IMG/VR virus record: IMGVR_UViG_3300043747_000016
Span: 1 to 37,964 of that record
DNA: 37,964 nucleotides
Reading direction: 5' to 3' (one strand)
Source of the DNA: a virus
Lineage: Duplodnaviria > Caudoviricetes
Shown here: piece by piece, positions 17,214-26,891 of the stretch
How the letters are laid out: the number at the start of each line of letters is the position of its first letter
Numbering within the stretch: position 1 is the first letter of the stretch
Translations under genes and position numbers: made by a program
Notes under the pieces: model-generated
What the model was told of the DNA's origin: nothing
What the model saw: the letters and a program-made list of their open reading frames with translations, nothing else
The model's database searches: none

Positions 17214-17319
17214 GTTTTATACAACCTCCTGTAGTTGTTTCCTGATATTTGTTTATAAGGGCAGAGAGTCAGGAAACTCCTCTTCGGTGATCAGCCTAGC
17301 CCTTAATTAAATTATACCA
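17214..17319 (-). promoter_or_regulatory. Extended -10 promoter and structured 5' leader of the HNH-AP2 gene
   Basis: TGGTATAAT at 17319-17311; nested stems and an RBS hairpin. Confidence 0.6.
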
Positions 17320-17340
17320 TTATTCTTATATAAATTCATG

Positions 17341-18564
17341 TTATACACGCTCCAGATTGATTAATCTCTTATTGATTTGTTTTATCTTAGTGAAAATGTT
17401 TAAACCTGGTCTCACCGTTGAATCTGGTGAACCGATTACAGGGTTTATGGTTTCTCCGCTTTGGTCGATTGTTATGGTTACTTGTCTTATCACATCTGTA
17501 ATAACATTCGCTACAGTTTGAACTTCCCTTAATTTTTCCACAGTGATCATTTCTGTTTGATATAAAGAAATAAAGCTAGTAAGTTCATCTGTTTCAGCAA
17601 TTACATCAGGTTGAGTTAAGATAACCGTTACTTTATCACCAAGGTTATAATTACGAACAAAAGCCATTCCATCGGTATCCGTTGCTGTCATGCTTAAATT
17701 CGTTTGGTTTGCCTTTTGAGATAATTCTGCGCTTATCGCTTGCTGTAATTGTGTTGGGTCGGTCGTGTCTCTTTGATCCAAGAATTCCTCTATTCGCCCA
17801 TAGGTTACGATGCTATCAGAATCACCGCTCTCTTGGGTTGTTCTAGATGCTCCCTGACCTGTGCCACCTGCGATAATATAATTTGCTTGTGGTGCCGTTT
17901 CGGTATAGTCAAAATCAATTAAATTCCCCAATAAAGGCGAAAAAATAACGGATTTTGTTTTATCCGTTGGTTGATACACTTGAAATTGAAGAGCATTTCC
18001 ATTTTGAACTATCTTAAACCCTAAACCCCCACCAGCTAAAGCAAGCGTTCCGCATAGGTCTAACAAGGTATTAAATCTCGCATTCCCTTTTACTGAAGAA
18101 CCGCGCCCTTGATCTGTTTCTATTGTGATATTCTGTTTTCTGTTTGACTGTGATCCACTGCCTATATTTGCATCCACATACTGTTTCAAAACGGTCTCAG
18201 CAGGTCCTGTTCGAACGTCATAATCTGCGTTATATGGTGGACCTACCTGTGTAGGTAAAGCGATAAAATGCTGTAAAACAACATTGTCATCATAACCATT
18301 GATCGTGAGCATATCTTCGTCTTTGCTCCATTTACGCTGTTTTTGCATTACAGGACCACTGAAGATCGTAATACCATCACGAACAACAATTATTCCCGTT
18401 TTTGGTTTTATCAGTTCAAAGGCTGCCGGACAGTTCATAGGCAAGGTTAATGCCCAAGTACCTACCAAATTAAATTGTGGTTTTAAGGTTAAAGATTGAT
18501 AATTTTCAATCTCTGCCACCCTATTAAGATATTGATCTCGTACATATAAAGTATATTTCGCCAT
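17341..18564 (-). CDS. Siphovirus Gp37-like tail hub (Tal) protein
   Basis: Follows Dit; GRIEEFLDQRD and YNLGDKVTV motifs; start MAKYTLYVRD. Confidence 0.8.
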   Translation of the reverse strand: MAKYTLYVRDQYLNRVAEIENYQSLTLKPQFNLVGTWALTLPMNCPAAFELIKPKTGIIVVRDGITIFSGPVMQKQRKWSKDEDMLTINGYDDNVVLQHFIALPTQVGPPYNADYDVRTGPAETVLKQYVDANIGSGSQSNRKQNITIETDQGRGSSVKGNARFNTLLDLCGTLALAGGGLGFKIVQNGNALQFQVYQPTDKTKSVIFSPLLGNLIDFDYTETAPQANYIIAGGTGQGASRTTQESGDSDSIVTYGRIEEFLDQRDTTDPTQLQQAISAELSQKANQTNLSMTATDTDGMAFVRNYNLGDKVTVILTQPDVIAETDELTSFISLYQTEMITVEKLREVQTVANVITDVIRQVTITIDQSGETINPVIGSPDSTVRPGLNIFTKIKQINKRLINLERV

Positions 18565-18565
18565 T

Positions 18566-19420
18566 CTATGCACCCCAATACCGATTCTGATAGGATAATT
18601 GGACATTACTTGCCACTTGCGAATTTTGCATTTCAATACGCACTTGATTGTTGCCAGCTTGCAAAGCCCACAGAGAGGAATCTGACGACATATTCGGATA
18701 AAGATTTGTTCCATCGCCAAATGTTACAGTCTTTTTACCCGGACGAGTATCAATAGTAATCGTATCTCCAGGTGCCAAAGTATAATTAATATTAATAAAT
18801 TCACCTGTGGTTAAATTTCTTATATAAATGGTATCCCCAGGTCCAGTAATAATCCATGTCGGCCAGCTTTCTACATCTCCATTATTGGCTATGGTTGTAT
18901 CTGCAAAAACCGTGGAAGATGTTAAGCGCATTGGTAGCATTGGAAAGAACGTTGCTGGTGTGCCTACGGTAAACGTTTGAACAATAGGATTAGGGTCATA
19001 CCAATATGGGTCAAATGCCTTTAAAACAATTATTACACTTTGCCAAGAAAGTCCTGTTTCCTGTATTTCCAATCCGCTTGAATAACGGCAAGTAATTAAT
19101 CGTTGACTCCCATCTTCGGCAATGATTTTTAATTGTCCATCACCAGCCAAAGGATTAAACATATTTAATAAATTCCTGATTTGTGTCCTTAAATCACTTT
19201 TAGATACCCCTGTGATTCCAAGAGGTAAATCGATATCTCTTGATTTTACATAGGCTTGTTTCAGCCGCGTTCCTGGTTGAAATGGAACTTGTTGCTCCAC
19301 TAAGTCCACAGGAGGCATAAAACGCCCTGTTGGTCCCACAAGGATCTCAAAATTAGGAGAATTGGATAAAGGTGTTTCATTTCCTGTTGCATCTATCCAA
19401 AAAAACTGTTCACTAGGCAT
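18566..19420 (-). CDS. Distal tail protein (Dit)
   Basis: Follows the tape measure gene; A.DPYWY, N.GDV and L..GNN motifs. Confidence 0.85.
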   Translation of the reverse strand: MPSEQFFWIDATGNETPLSNSPNFEILVGPTGRFMPPVDLVEQQVPFQPGTRLKQAYVKSRDIDLPLGITGVSKSDLRTQIRNLLNMFNPLAGDGQLKIIAEDGSQRLITCRYSSGLEIQETGLSWQSVIIVLKAFDPYWYDPNPIVQTFTVGTPATFFPMLPMRLTSSTVFADTTIANNGDVESWPTWIITGPGDTIYIRNLTTGEFININYTLAPGDTITIDTRPGKKTVTFGDGTNLYPNMSSDSSLWALQAGNNQVRIEMQNSQVASNVQLSYQNRYWGA

Positions 19421-22205
19421 AATTTAAAGCCTCCATTCTTTGCAAGGCTCTTACTAAATCTTTTTCATCCATACTTGCTTGTAATGAATTCACTGTGACA
19501 TTGTAGGTCTTATTTGTTCCACCTAACATTTTGTTAGTATCACGATTATTCTTGATTACTGATCCACCTGGAACATACATTAATTCTGGTCCTTCTTCCC
19601 CGACCATATGCCATCCAGCAACCGCGCTATTTGTACCAGTTGCATAGCCTTTATATGCTCCACCGCTCATCATGGATTTAATACCCGGTACGTTAAATAC
19701 ATCGCCATAACGAGACATAATGTAACGAATACCAGCCACCGCGTTTGCCACAGGATTGTAAATGTCTCCTAATCCTTTGATAGCATAGGCATTGAATGTG
19801 GAATCGATGGTCTGAAATAACCCTTTAGATGGATGACCAGCTTTTGCATTTGAATCCCACAGGTTGATTGCGTTCGGATCCCCGCCAGATTCATGTTGCA
19901 CCAGTGTGGATAATGGTCCTAACCATGATGAAGGAGCGCCAACAATAGATAAAGCCGACTGGATCCAACCTGCAGCATTACCGCCGGAACCGCCTGAGAA
20001 AGCGCCTGTTAGGAATCCTTTGATTTTGTCAACGGTATTCATAATTCCTCCGCCAAAATCTTTAAATACTGCTTTACCTAAATCAAGTAAATTTCCCGAA
20101 GAAAGACCATTTACCAAACCATCAAGAATATGTCCGCCCATTTCAGTAAATACTTTAGATGGACTATGGATGCCTAGAGCTGACTTGAATTTATCGACTA
20201 ACGTTGTTGCTAATCCCCCTATTGCATCTTCGATTGCGCCAACACCTGATTTCAACCCCGCAACGATTCCAGAAGGGATATTTTTAGCAGCATCAACAAT
20301 TTTATTGAAATTTGTTGATGCCGTATCTAGGAATTTAGCAAACCATGTACCAGCATCGTCAACAAATAGTTTTAATCCATTAACAATAGAAGTCCATCCA
20401 CCGGAAAATAATTCTTTTAAAAGACCAAAAAAACCGCCTATTCCTTTTAAAAGTTTTCCTATAAACATTAACTGTATAATGTTCCAAATGGCTTCAACCG
20501 CTCCGCCTAATATGTCCTTAATGCCCTGCCATAAGGTTGACCAGTTTCCCGTGAAAATCCCTGTGAAAACTAAAATAATGCCCTCGATAATCTTTATAGC
20601 TCCATCTATTACGCCTTTTATGTTATCCCAAACGGATTTTATGATAAATTCTAAAACCGGGGCCAACGCTTTAAAAATAACGGCTAGAACAGCAAAGAAA
20701 TTTTTAACCGCTTCGGTAATTTGTCCGCCGTAAGTATCCCACCATTTTTTAATCTGAGCAAACTCAGAACCTATGAAATTGACAATATCCGACAAAATCG
20801 GCATGGCTATTGATTTGATAGTATTAAAGATAGAAATAAATGAATTAGCAATGCTATTTTTTCCAGTAAATAAACCTTGAACAAACCCGGTAATAATTTG
20901 GAATATACCAGTCCATCCTTTTACTAGATCATTTACGTAAGCCTGGCCAATTTTTTGAACATTATTTAAAAAATCGGTTATTGTATCTCTTATTTTTACC
21001 GTTGTTTGTGTGATACTCACAACCGTTTTGGGGCTTAATCCTAATTTAGTTAAAAAGTCGATCCCTTGAATGGTATTACCTTTGAAAATATCTAAGATTC
21101 CAGGAAGTTCGGATAATGCTGTTTTAAGAGATGATGTGACCTTTTGGATTAATGCGATTTGATTGGTTGAGAAACCTAAACTGTCTAAAATGCTTATTCC
21201 GGTTCCTTCACCAGCTCCTCCATTGAAAATATCTTTAACACCTTTAAAAGCACTTTTGATATTGGAAAAACCGTTTTGGATACCTCCGACAAATCCCTCG
21301 ATTAATTTCACCGCTGTACTTCCAAAAGTTTGGTTCATGGTATCTTCGAATGATTTAAAATCCCCGCGACCTAATGACACGAAAGCATTCATGACATTTA
21401 ATGTTTGAGTTAAGCCATCATGCAACACATTAAATAACGGTTTAGCAAGAATACCACTAAGGATTGAGAAGTCATCTTTCAAAGTGGACATCATACCATT
21501 CCATGTTGCACTTTGTTTGTCCGCCGAACCTTTTACTGTGTTGGCAATGTTGTTAAATGCCTTATCGTAAATGTCACTAGTAATCTTACCCTGGGATGCC
21601 ATTTTTCTAACTTCTGCAACGTTAACGCCTAATTCTGCCGCAATAGCTTTGAAGATTGGTATGCCCTGATTTTGTAGGATATCCAAGTCTGATGTATAAG
21701 CAACCTGTGCTTGGTCCACTTGGCTCATCTGGCGAACAAGTTCTTTAGCGTTATCTGCCGTGATATTAAATGCACCAGAAACGTCTGCAATTCTCGTTAA
21801 TTGGTCAAATAATTTTTGGCCGCTATATCCTGCATTATTTAGATATTTGGCCATTGCATCCACACCCTCAGTATCAAACTGAGTTTTAGCTGCAAAAGTA
21901 GCGATATCTTGAATCATCTGTTTTGCTTTTTGTGTGGAACCTAATAATGTTGTCCATGCTACCTGTGACGATTCTTGCATGGCATTATAAGCAACACCAG
22001 TTTTTGCGATATAACCACCCATAGCCACAAGAGCAGCACCAGCCGCCGCAACAGCTGCCGCAGTAACTTTTCCCACCGTTCCTAGTGTCGAACCTATCGA
22101 ACGATTGGCCCCTTCTACTTGACCTTGCATTTGTTGTAGTCCTCGTGTGAGTTGCGATCCATCGAACCCCGCGCGCACCATCAAGTTACTTACTGCACCC
22201 GCCAT
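19413..22205 (-). CDS. Tape measure protein with C-terminal lytic transglycosylase (SLT) domain
   Basis: Long Ala/Gly-rich amphipathic protein; LGIHSPSKVF; HESGGDPNAIN...GLFQ...YI..RY. Confidence 0.95.
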   Translation of the reverse strand: MAGAVSNLMVRAGFDGSQLTRGLQQMQGQVEGANRSIGSTLGTVGKVTAAAVAAAGAALVAMGGYIAKTGVAYNAMQESSQVAWTTLLGSTQKAKQMIQDIATFAAKTQFDTEGVDAMAKYLNNAGYSGQKLFDQLTRIADVSGAFNITADNAKELVRQMSQVDQAQVAYTSDLDILQNQGIPIFKAIAAELGVNVAEVRKMASQGKITSDIYDKAFNNIANTVKGSADKQSATWNGMMSTLKDDFSILSGILAKPLFNVLHDGLTQTLNVMNAFVSLGRGDFKSFEDTMNQTFGSTAVKLIEGFVGGIQNGFSNIKSAFKGVKDIFNGGAGEGTGISILDSLGFSTNQIALIQKVTSSLKTALSELPGILDIFKGNTIQGIDFLTKLGLSPKTVVSITQTTVKIRDTITDFLNNVQKIGQAYVNDLVKGWTGIFQIITGFVQGLFTGKNSIANSFISIFNTIKSIAMPILSDIVNFIGSEFAQIKKWWDTYGGQITEAVKNFFAVLAVIFKALAPVLEFIIKSVWDNIKGVIDGAIKIIEGIILVFTGIFTGNWSTLWQGIKDILGGAVEAIWNIIQLMFIGKLLKGIGGFFGLLKELFSGGWTSIVNGLKLFVDDAGTWFAKFLDTASTNFNKIVDAAKNIPSGIVAGLKSGVGAIEDAIGGLATTLVDKFKSALGIHSPSKVFTEMGGHILDGLVNGLSSGNLLDLGKAVFKDFGGGIMNTVDKIKGFLTGAFSGGSGGNAAGWIQSALSIVGAPSSWLGPLSTLVQHESGGDPNAINLWDSNAKAGHPSKGLFQTIDSTFNAYAIKGLGDIYNPVANAVAGIRYIMSRYGDVFNVPGIKSMMSGGAYKGYATGTNSAVAGWHMVGEEGPELMYVPGGSVIKNNRDTNKMLGGTNKTYNVTVNSLQASMDEKDLVRALQRMEALNYA

Positions 22206-22208
22206 ATA

Positions 22209-22502
22209 TTATTCACCTGCCTTTTTCACTGTGCCGTCAAGGGCACTGTTTAACTGCATAACATTAGCGAGCATTTCCTCAGCAGTCATTTCTTTTGATT
22301 CTTCCGTCTTGCCAAGAACCTCTTTTAAAGCAGGCAGTTTTTCAACTCTGTGGAAGTACTCTCCCATCCACACGAGAGTTAGTCTTTCCTCTTGGTCGAA
22401 TTTCTGCTTTTCTTCGAATATCTCAGCATGAAGATTCAACTCATATGGAGTCATTTCGTTATATTCCTGTATAGACAAACCCATACGGATAGCAGATTTC
22501 AA
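22209..22502 (-). CDS. Tail assembly chaperone, frameshift extension (gpGT-like)
   Basis: The -1 frame is open from the slippery site into this ORF. Confidence 0.8.
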   Translation of the reverse strand: MKSAIRMGLSIQEYNEMTPYELNLHAEIFEEKQKFDQEERLTLVWMGEYFHRVEKLPALKEVLGKTEESKEMTAEEMLANVMQLNSALDGTVKKAGE

Positions 22503-22552
22503 GGATTCTTCCCAATAATTTTCAAGAAAATCATCTTGAGTGCTATCCGCAT

Positions 22553-22888
22553 TTAGTTTTTTTCTTCACCTTTAGGAGTTGCATTTTCAACAGTTCCAAA
22601 AGACTTTACAAATGCTTCGTTTAACTTTTCCATTAATTCTTTGAATGTTTCAGCTTGATCCAATAAATCTTCCATATCCTCAAGCTTTAGAGTTTCGCCA
22701 TTCTCTTTGGCATCGGACAATAAACCGCAATAAAGAACTTTCTCTAAGTCCTCAAGCTTGAAATTGGACATATCCATATTTGAAATATCCATATCAGTTA
22801 GAGTAGTTAACTGCTTCAATGCTTTATGTCCATATCTAAGAAAACGTGGTCTATCCAAATTGATAACAACTAAATCGTTATTTTTCAT
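22553..22888 (-). CDS. Tail assembly chaperone (gpG-like)
   Basis: Between major tail and tape measure genes; ends A-AAA-AAC-TAA. Confidence 0.85.
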   Translation of the reverse strand: MKNNDLVVINLDRPRFLRYGHKALKQLTTLTDMDISNMDMSNFKLEDLEKVLYCGLLSDAKENGETLKLEDMEDLLDQAETFKELMEKLNEAFVKSFGTVENATPKGEEKN

Positions 22889-22946
22889 GTTATCCTCCTC
22901 AAATTAAAAAAGGCTAAGGAATCCCCTAGCCTTCAAGTTTTAATCA

Positions 22947-23375
22947 TTAGGTACCAGCGACAAGATCAGGCTGTCCTGATACTTTCAAAGTAGCATCAAA
23001 AGTAACTGTTGCGCCCGTAGAGGCACCCGTTTTGAACCCTGTTACAACCGCATCAAATGTCCAACTTGCACCTGTTAAACCACCAGGAGCAGCTGGGAAT
23101 TGAATAGTATAGCTAGCGCTTGTGCCTGCTTGTAGGTCTGTTAGGATTGCAGAATGTGAGGAATAATCAAAGAAACCACTGATTGCTACATCATCAACTG
23201 ATTTGAATCCATTGATGTATGTCTTGTATCCACCTGTTGTATCTAATGCCGTTGTCTCAATGCTGTCGGCTTTAATAGATAAACCTTCAATTTTACTCAG
23301 GAATGCAATTGCTGTTCCCGAAGTCTTCTTAATCGTTGTGCCTTGTGATGAGATAGGCCCTGGAGTTGCTGTCAT
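22947..23375 (-). CDS. Major tail tube protein
   Basis: IETTALD...YINGFK and TFDATLKVSGQP motifs. Confidence 0.9.
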   Translation of the reverse strand: MTATPGPISSQGTTIKKTSGTAIAFLSKIEGLSIKADSIETTALDTTGGYKTYINGFKSVDDVAISGFFDYSSHSAILTDLQAGTSASYTIQFPAAPGGLTGASWTFDAVVTGFKTGASTGATVTFDATLKVSGQPDLVAGT

Positions 23376-23388
23376 TTATAAAACCCCC

Positions 23389-23781
23389 TTATATTCTTAC
23401 TGTGAATGGAATAATACTTAAATATTGAAATAGCTGATCAATGTATTGTTCAGTTGGTTTTTCATATGAAACGTCCTGAATGAATACACCACCAGCACCG
23501 CCAATAATCCTATTTTGAAAGGATTCTATTGTTGAAATGACTTGTTTCGTAATGTCTTTTAGCCCTGAATAGGAATCATTTAAAATATGGAGCTCACCAT
23601 TTACTTCTTTGGGGCCGAAATACCCGCTTAAACATTTTTCTGGAACTCCTTCATTGCTTATATAAACAAGATAAGGCGTTTTAACTCCCTCGATGGCAGT
23701 CAAAGGAAAAACCTTATTAGTAAGATTAGAAATACTATTAAGTTCATTCTTCAATGCTTCCTCAAAGTTCATTAAAATCAC
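23389..23781 (-). CDS. Tail terminator/completion protein (DUF3168-like)
   Basis: Synteny; TPYLVY motif. Confidence 0.7.
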   Translation of the reverse strand: MILMNFEEALKNELNSISNLTNKVFPLTAIEGVKTPYLVYISNEGVPEKCLSGYFGPKEVNGELHILNDSYSGLKDITKQVISTIESFQNRIIGGAGGVFIQDVSYEKPTEQYIDQLFQYLSIIPFTVRI

Positions 23782-24227
23782 CTCGCTTGTGAAAGAATCT
23801 TATCTAATTCATTTTTAGCCACATCGACTATTTTTTGTTCCACACTGTTTTTTGTTTGTTCAGCACTATTTTTCATGTACTGTAAACCGACATGATAACC
23901 GCCATTATGATAATGCCAGCCGTACTCCTGAGATGCAGGATAGTATGATCGATTCCCATACTTAGAAATCTTCACTAACTTTTGGTTATAAGCCCGGTCA
24001 AAAGTGATTTCATACACTTTTTTGCCTGGAGAATTTGCCCTTTCACCAACCAGTTTTAACGATGCTTTTAACCACCCATCATGAACAGGAGCATCGGCTT
24101 TCGTTGCTGTCAAATCAATTTGGGCACCTTGTCGGGCCGCTTTCGTCGCAACCTTCTGAGGGACCTTACCTAATTGATCAATGAGTTGTTTAAGCTCATT
24201 AAAACCTTCAATTTCCATACCACTCAT
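23778..24227 (-). CDS. HK97 gp10-like tail component
   Basis: IEGFNEL, APVHDG.LK.S and QEYG motifs. Confidence 0.8.
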   Translation of the reverse strand: MSGMEIEGFNELKQLIDQLGKVPQKVATKAARQGAQIDLTATKADAPVHDGWLKASLKLVGERANSPGKKVYEITFDRAYNQKLVKISKYGNRSYYPASQEYGWHYHNGGYHVGLQYMKNSAEQTKNSVEQKIVDVAKNELDKILSQAR

Positions 24228-24556
24228 TTGACCAACTCCTTACAATACATCTGTAATTCGATGTTTCGCTCTTGGTAGTTGGCAACGGAGGTAATCATTA
24301 AATATCTGCCATTGAGCACAATCCGCATATCAGGTGTAATCCCTGGTACATAACGGATATGAACCCTGTGTGTGATTTCACTGTTAATTTCATTCGCTTT
24401 GAAAAACTCGCTTCCACTTAGAGGGAAAACACCGGCACGAACATTAACAACATCTGTCCAATCCTCAGTCGTGGAACCATATGAATCCTCCGCGAATTGC
24501 CTTTGCTGTATGGTAACTGGAACTCGATATTTGCCAGCATTAATTCGATATCTCAT
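24224..24556 (-). CDS. Head closure / head-tail adaptor
   Basis: W..V, G.EF and IRY...ITPDMRI motifs. Confidence 0.85.
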   Translation of the reverse strand: MRYRINAGKYRVPVTIQQRQFAEDSYGSTTEDWTDVVNVRAGVFPLSGSEFFKANEINSEITHRVHIRYVPGITPDMRIVLNGRYLMITSVANYQERNIELQMYCKELVK

Positions 24557-24864
24557 AGGTAATTCACCGAATGAGAATCTAATATCTGCTTAATGACAAA
24601 ATTAAGCTTGGTATTGTCCACAACAAAAGCACGATTATCATACATTTCATTGCTCAAAACCATCAAAGCAATTGTGAGATCCTCGTGATCATCCACACTA
24701 TCGGTAATATTGTTTGTAGGATCATCGATAAGTGGTAACCCTGTGTAAGTAACAATGAATTGCTTACATGCTTCCAAGATGGTAATAAACAAATTGTCAT
24801 CTTCATCATGGTAGATGTTCGCATATTGTTTTAAATCCGCAATGGAAACATCACTGATTTTCAT
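24553..24864 (-). CDS. Head-tail connector (gp6/gp15-like)
   Basis: LKQY...DEDD...YTG...MYDNR. Confidence 0.85.
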   Translation of the reverse strand: MKISDVSIADLKQYANIYHDEDDNLFITILEACKQFIVTYTGLPLIDDPTNNITDSVDDHEDLTIALMVLSNEMYDNRAFVVDNTKLNFVIKQILDSHSVNYL

Positions 24865-25033
24865 CTTCAGTCACAACCTTTTTATTAGGCTTTTTGACTT
24901 CTGAAATCAACCCAATCAACCCGTTTTCAACCCAATTTTCGAGTGTATAGGTATCAAGTTCAATGTCATATTCAATACCTTTTTCAAAGGTTCCAAGAGC
25001 CGAATGAAAGGATTTTTTCGCTTTGAATTTCAT
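24851..25033 (-). CDS. Small head-module protein
   Basis: Track ORF with RBS AGGGGTGA. Confidence 0.7.
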   Translation of the reverse strand: MKFKAKKSFHSALGTFEKGIEYDIELDTYTLENWVENGLIGLISEVKKPNKKVVTEDENQ

Positions 25034-25086
25034 TTAATCACCCCTTTAAAAAAGGAAAAGGGATGGAATAAACCACCCCTTAATCA

Positions 25087-26277
25087 TTACTTACCTACAT
25101 ATACAGCAACTTTTTGTGGCTCAACGATTGCAGAATCACATTCTACAACAGCTACAACACCAACTGCATATTGATCAGCAAAACGCTCGTTCAGCACTTG
25201 CATTTGAACGCCTTGAGTCAATTTAAGGTGCAGACCTGAGAAATCACCGTAGAAAATTTCTTTAGCACTAACGCCCATAACTGGCATTTGGTCAGAAACA
25301 TATACAGGTTTTCCAAGCAAACTAAATGGTGCATCCTGGGATAATGTATTCCCCATAATTAGCATGTTATTACCTGCTCCAGCAGTTAACCCTTGGATAT
25401 AAGAAAGAGTTGTAGGGTGCATAATCCAAGCACAATCAGCTTGATATACTTGTGGTACTTTCACTTGTAGGTTAATCAATTCTTGTGGAGTGATTACCAT
25501 AGTTGTTGCACCTGTAAGTGATTGAGTAGCATTAGCAAGGCCGCCAAGTTTAGTTGCACCTGAGCCCACGGAGCTATTTGCATTGTTTAATAGTTCTTTT
25601 TCTAAGAAATACGCTAGAGCTTTTGCGATTTCGTTTACAATAAAAGGAACAACGTCAACATCAGTACGATTGATTAAAGATTTAGAAATTAACGCTAGTG
25701 ATGTAACAATTGTGTTTCCAAGTTTAATAGAACCGAAGTTAGCAGATTGCGCTGTCATGGTTGCAAGTTCAGTGTAATATCCAGCTGGTACGTGTTGAGT
25801 GTAATCATAAGAAGGAATGATTAGATCTCCAGGTACATCCCAAATAGTAGCTTTAGAAAGAATTGGCGACATGTTTTTAACAGTGTCAATGATACGATTA
25901 GCAATTGTTTGTGGGATAACCACACCTTGACCGCTTGCAGATAATGCACGCGTGTCAACACCTTTAACAAAATCAACAAAAGCGCGTTCTTCTTTTGTAA
26001 TTACTTCAGCGCGAATTTCTTCATCAGTTTGTGGCTTTTTAACGGTAATGACTGTACCTAGGGCCCTAGACTCTTCCTCAGCTTTTAATGTTTTATCAAT
26101 TTTTGCAATCTCAGTTTTGATTTGTTCGAAACGGTTGCTTTCTTCATCAGAAAACGCACGAGTTTCTTCTTTCGCTTTATTCACGATGCCTTCCATTTCA
26201 ATAACAAGATCATTTCGTTGTTCTACAAGTGCTTTTTGTACAGATCGATATTCGATAACTGGTTTCATAAGTGTCAT
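25087..26277 (-). CDS. Major capsid protein, HK97 fold
   Basis: Coiled-coil delta domain; LLGKPVYVSDQMP and FYGDFS motifs. Confidence 0.95.
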   Translation of the reverse strand: MTLMKPVIEYRSVQKALVEQRNDLVIEMEGIVNKAKEETRAFSDEESNRFEQIKTEIAKIDKTLKAEEESRALGTVITVKKPQTDEEIRAEVITKEERAFVDFVKGVDTRALSASGQGVVIPQTIANRIIDTVKNMSPILSKATIWDVPGDLIIPSYDYTQHVPAGYYTELATMTAQSANFGSIKLGNTIVTSLALISKSLINRTDVDVVPFIVNEIAKALAYFLEKELLNNANSSVGSGATKLGGLANATQSLTGATTMVITPQELINLQVKVPQVYQADCAWIMHPTTLSYIQGLTAGAGNNMLIMGNTLSQDAPFSLLGKPVYVSDQMPVMGVSAKEIFYGDFSGLHLKLTQGVQMQVLNERFADQYAVGVVAVVECDSAIVEPQKVAVYVGK

Positions 26278-26891
26278 TAATGATGACCACCTTTCAATTT
26301 TAGAATTTCTATTTCTTTTTCAAATAAGGAATAATCAACTGTTTCTTCCCGTTTTTCTTCCTTTTTTGGAGTCAAATCTTCAATTTCTGCCCGGAATCCA
26401 TCACTCCTATTTTCGGTGATGACATCAATTTCGCCCCTTGCCTCAATTGAAGTTGCAATATAAGCAGGTGTTTTATCCAAGATGGACACTTCCAAAAGCT
26501 CAATATCCTCTAAAAACCGTCTTTGGATGCCATCTTGTCCATCCTGCCAGTTTGGCTTTTGGTCAATAAACCCAAAGCTCCAGCCGGTAAGCTTTCCATC
26601 TTTGGCTTTCTGAATGACTTCATCATCAGTTACAGTAGCAATCGCCCTCAGGCCAATGCTATCCTCATAAAGCTGCAGGTTTCCTTCTTTTATGGAACCT
26701 AATTGACGATTCTCATCATGATTAAAGCGCAAGTCCACATTATCGGTTTTTCCTAATGCTCGTTGGAATGTACCTGGTATAATCTGCTCTTTAAATGGAC
26801 CTCTCGAAGAAGGTAAAATTCTACTCTCACGGCCCACTGCATTCACATAGCCATCAAGCAGTACCTGATTGCCCCGGATCTCTATTCGCAT
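26277..26891 (-). CDS. HK97-family prohead protease
   Basis: FNHD, GWSFGF and LLEVS...PAY motifs; start MRIEIRG after AAGGAGG. Confidence 0.9.
   Translation of the reverse strand: MRIEIRGNQVLLDGYVNAVGRESRILPSSRGPFKEQIIPGTFQRALGKTDNVDLRFNHDENRQLGSIKEGNLQLYEDSIGLRAIATVTDDEVIQKAKDGKLTGWSFGFIDQKPNWQDGQDGIQRRFLEDIELLEVSILDKTPAYIATSIEARGEIDVITENRSDGFRAEIEDLTPKKEEKREETVDYSLFEKEIEILKLKGGHH

Noticed and set aside
17275-17296. CTGATCA...GAA as a hammerhead ribozyme core
   Set aside because: It deviates from CUGAnGA/GAAA and the stem topology does not fit.
18565-18720. 52-aa N-terminal extension of the Gp37-like ORF
   Set aside because: It overlaps Dit; ATG 18564 follows the Dit stop and an RBS-like GGGGTG.
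19864-20733. 289-aa plus-strand ORF
   Set aside because: Antisense shadow of the tape measure gene with no recognisable motif.
25952-26419. 155-aa plus-strand ORF and similar antisense ORFs across the structural module
   Set aside because: Shadows of well-supported minus-strand genes.
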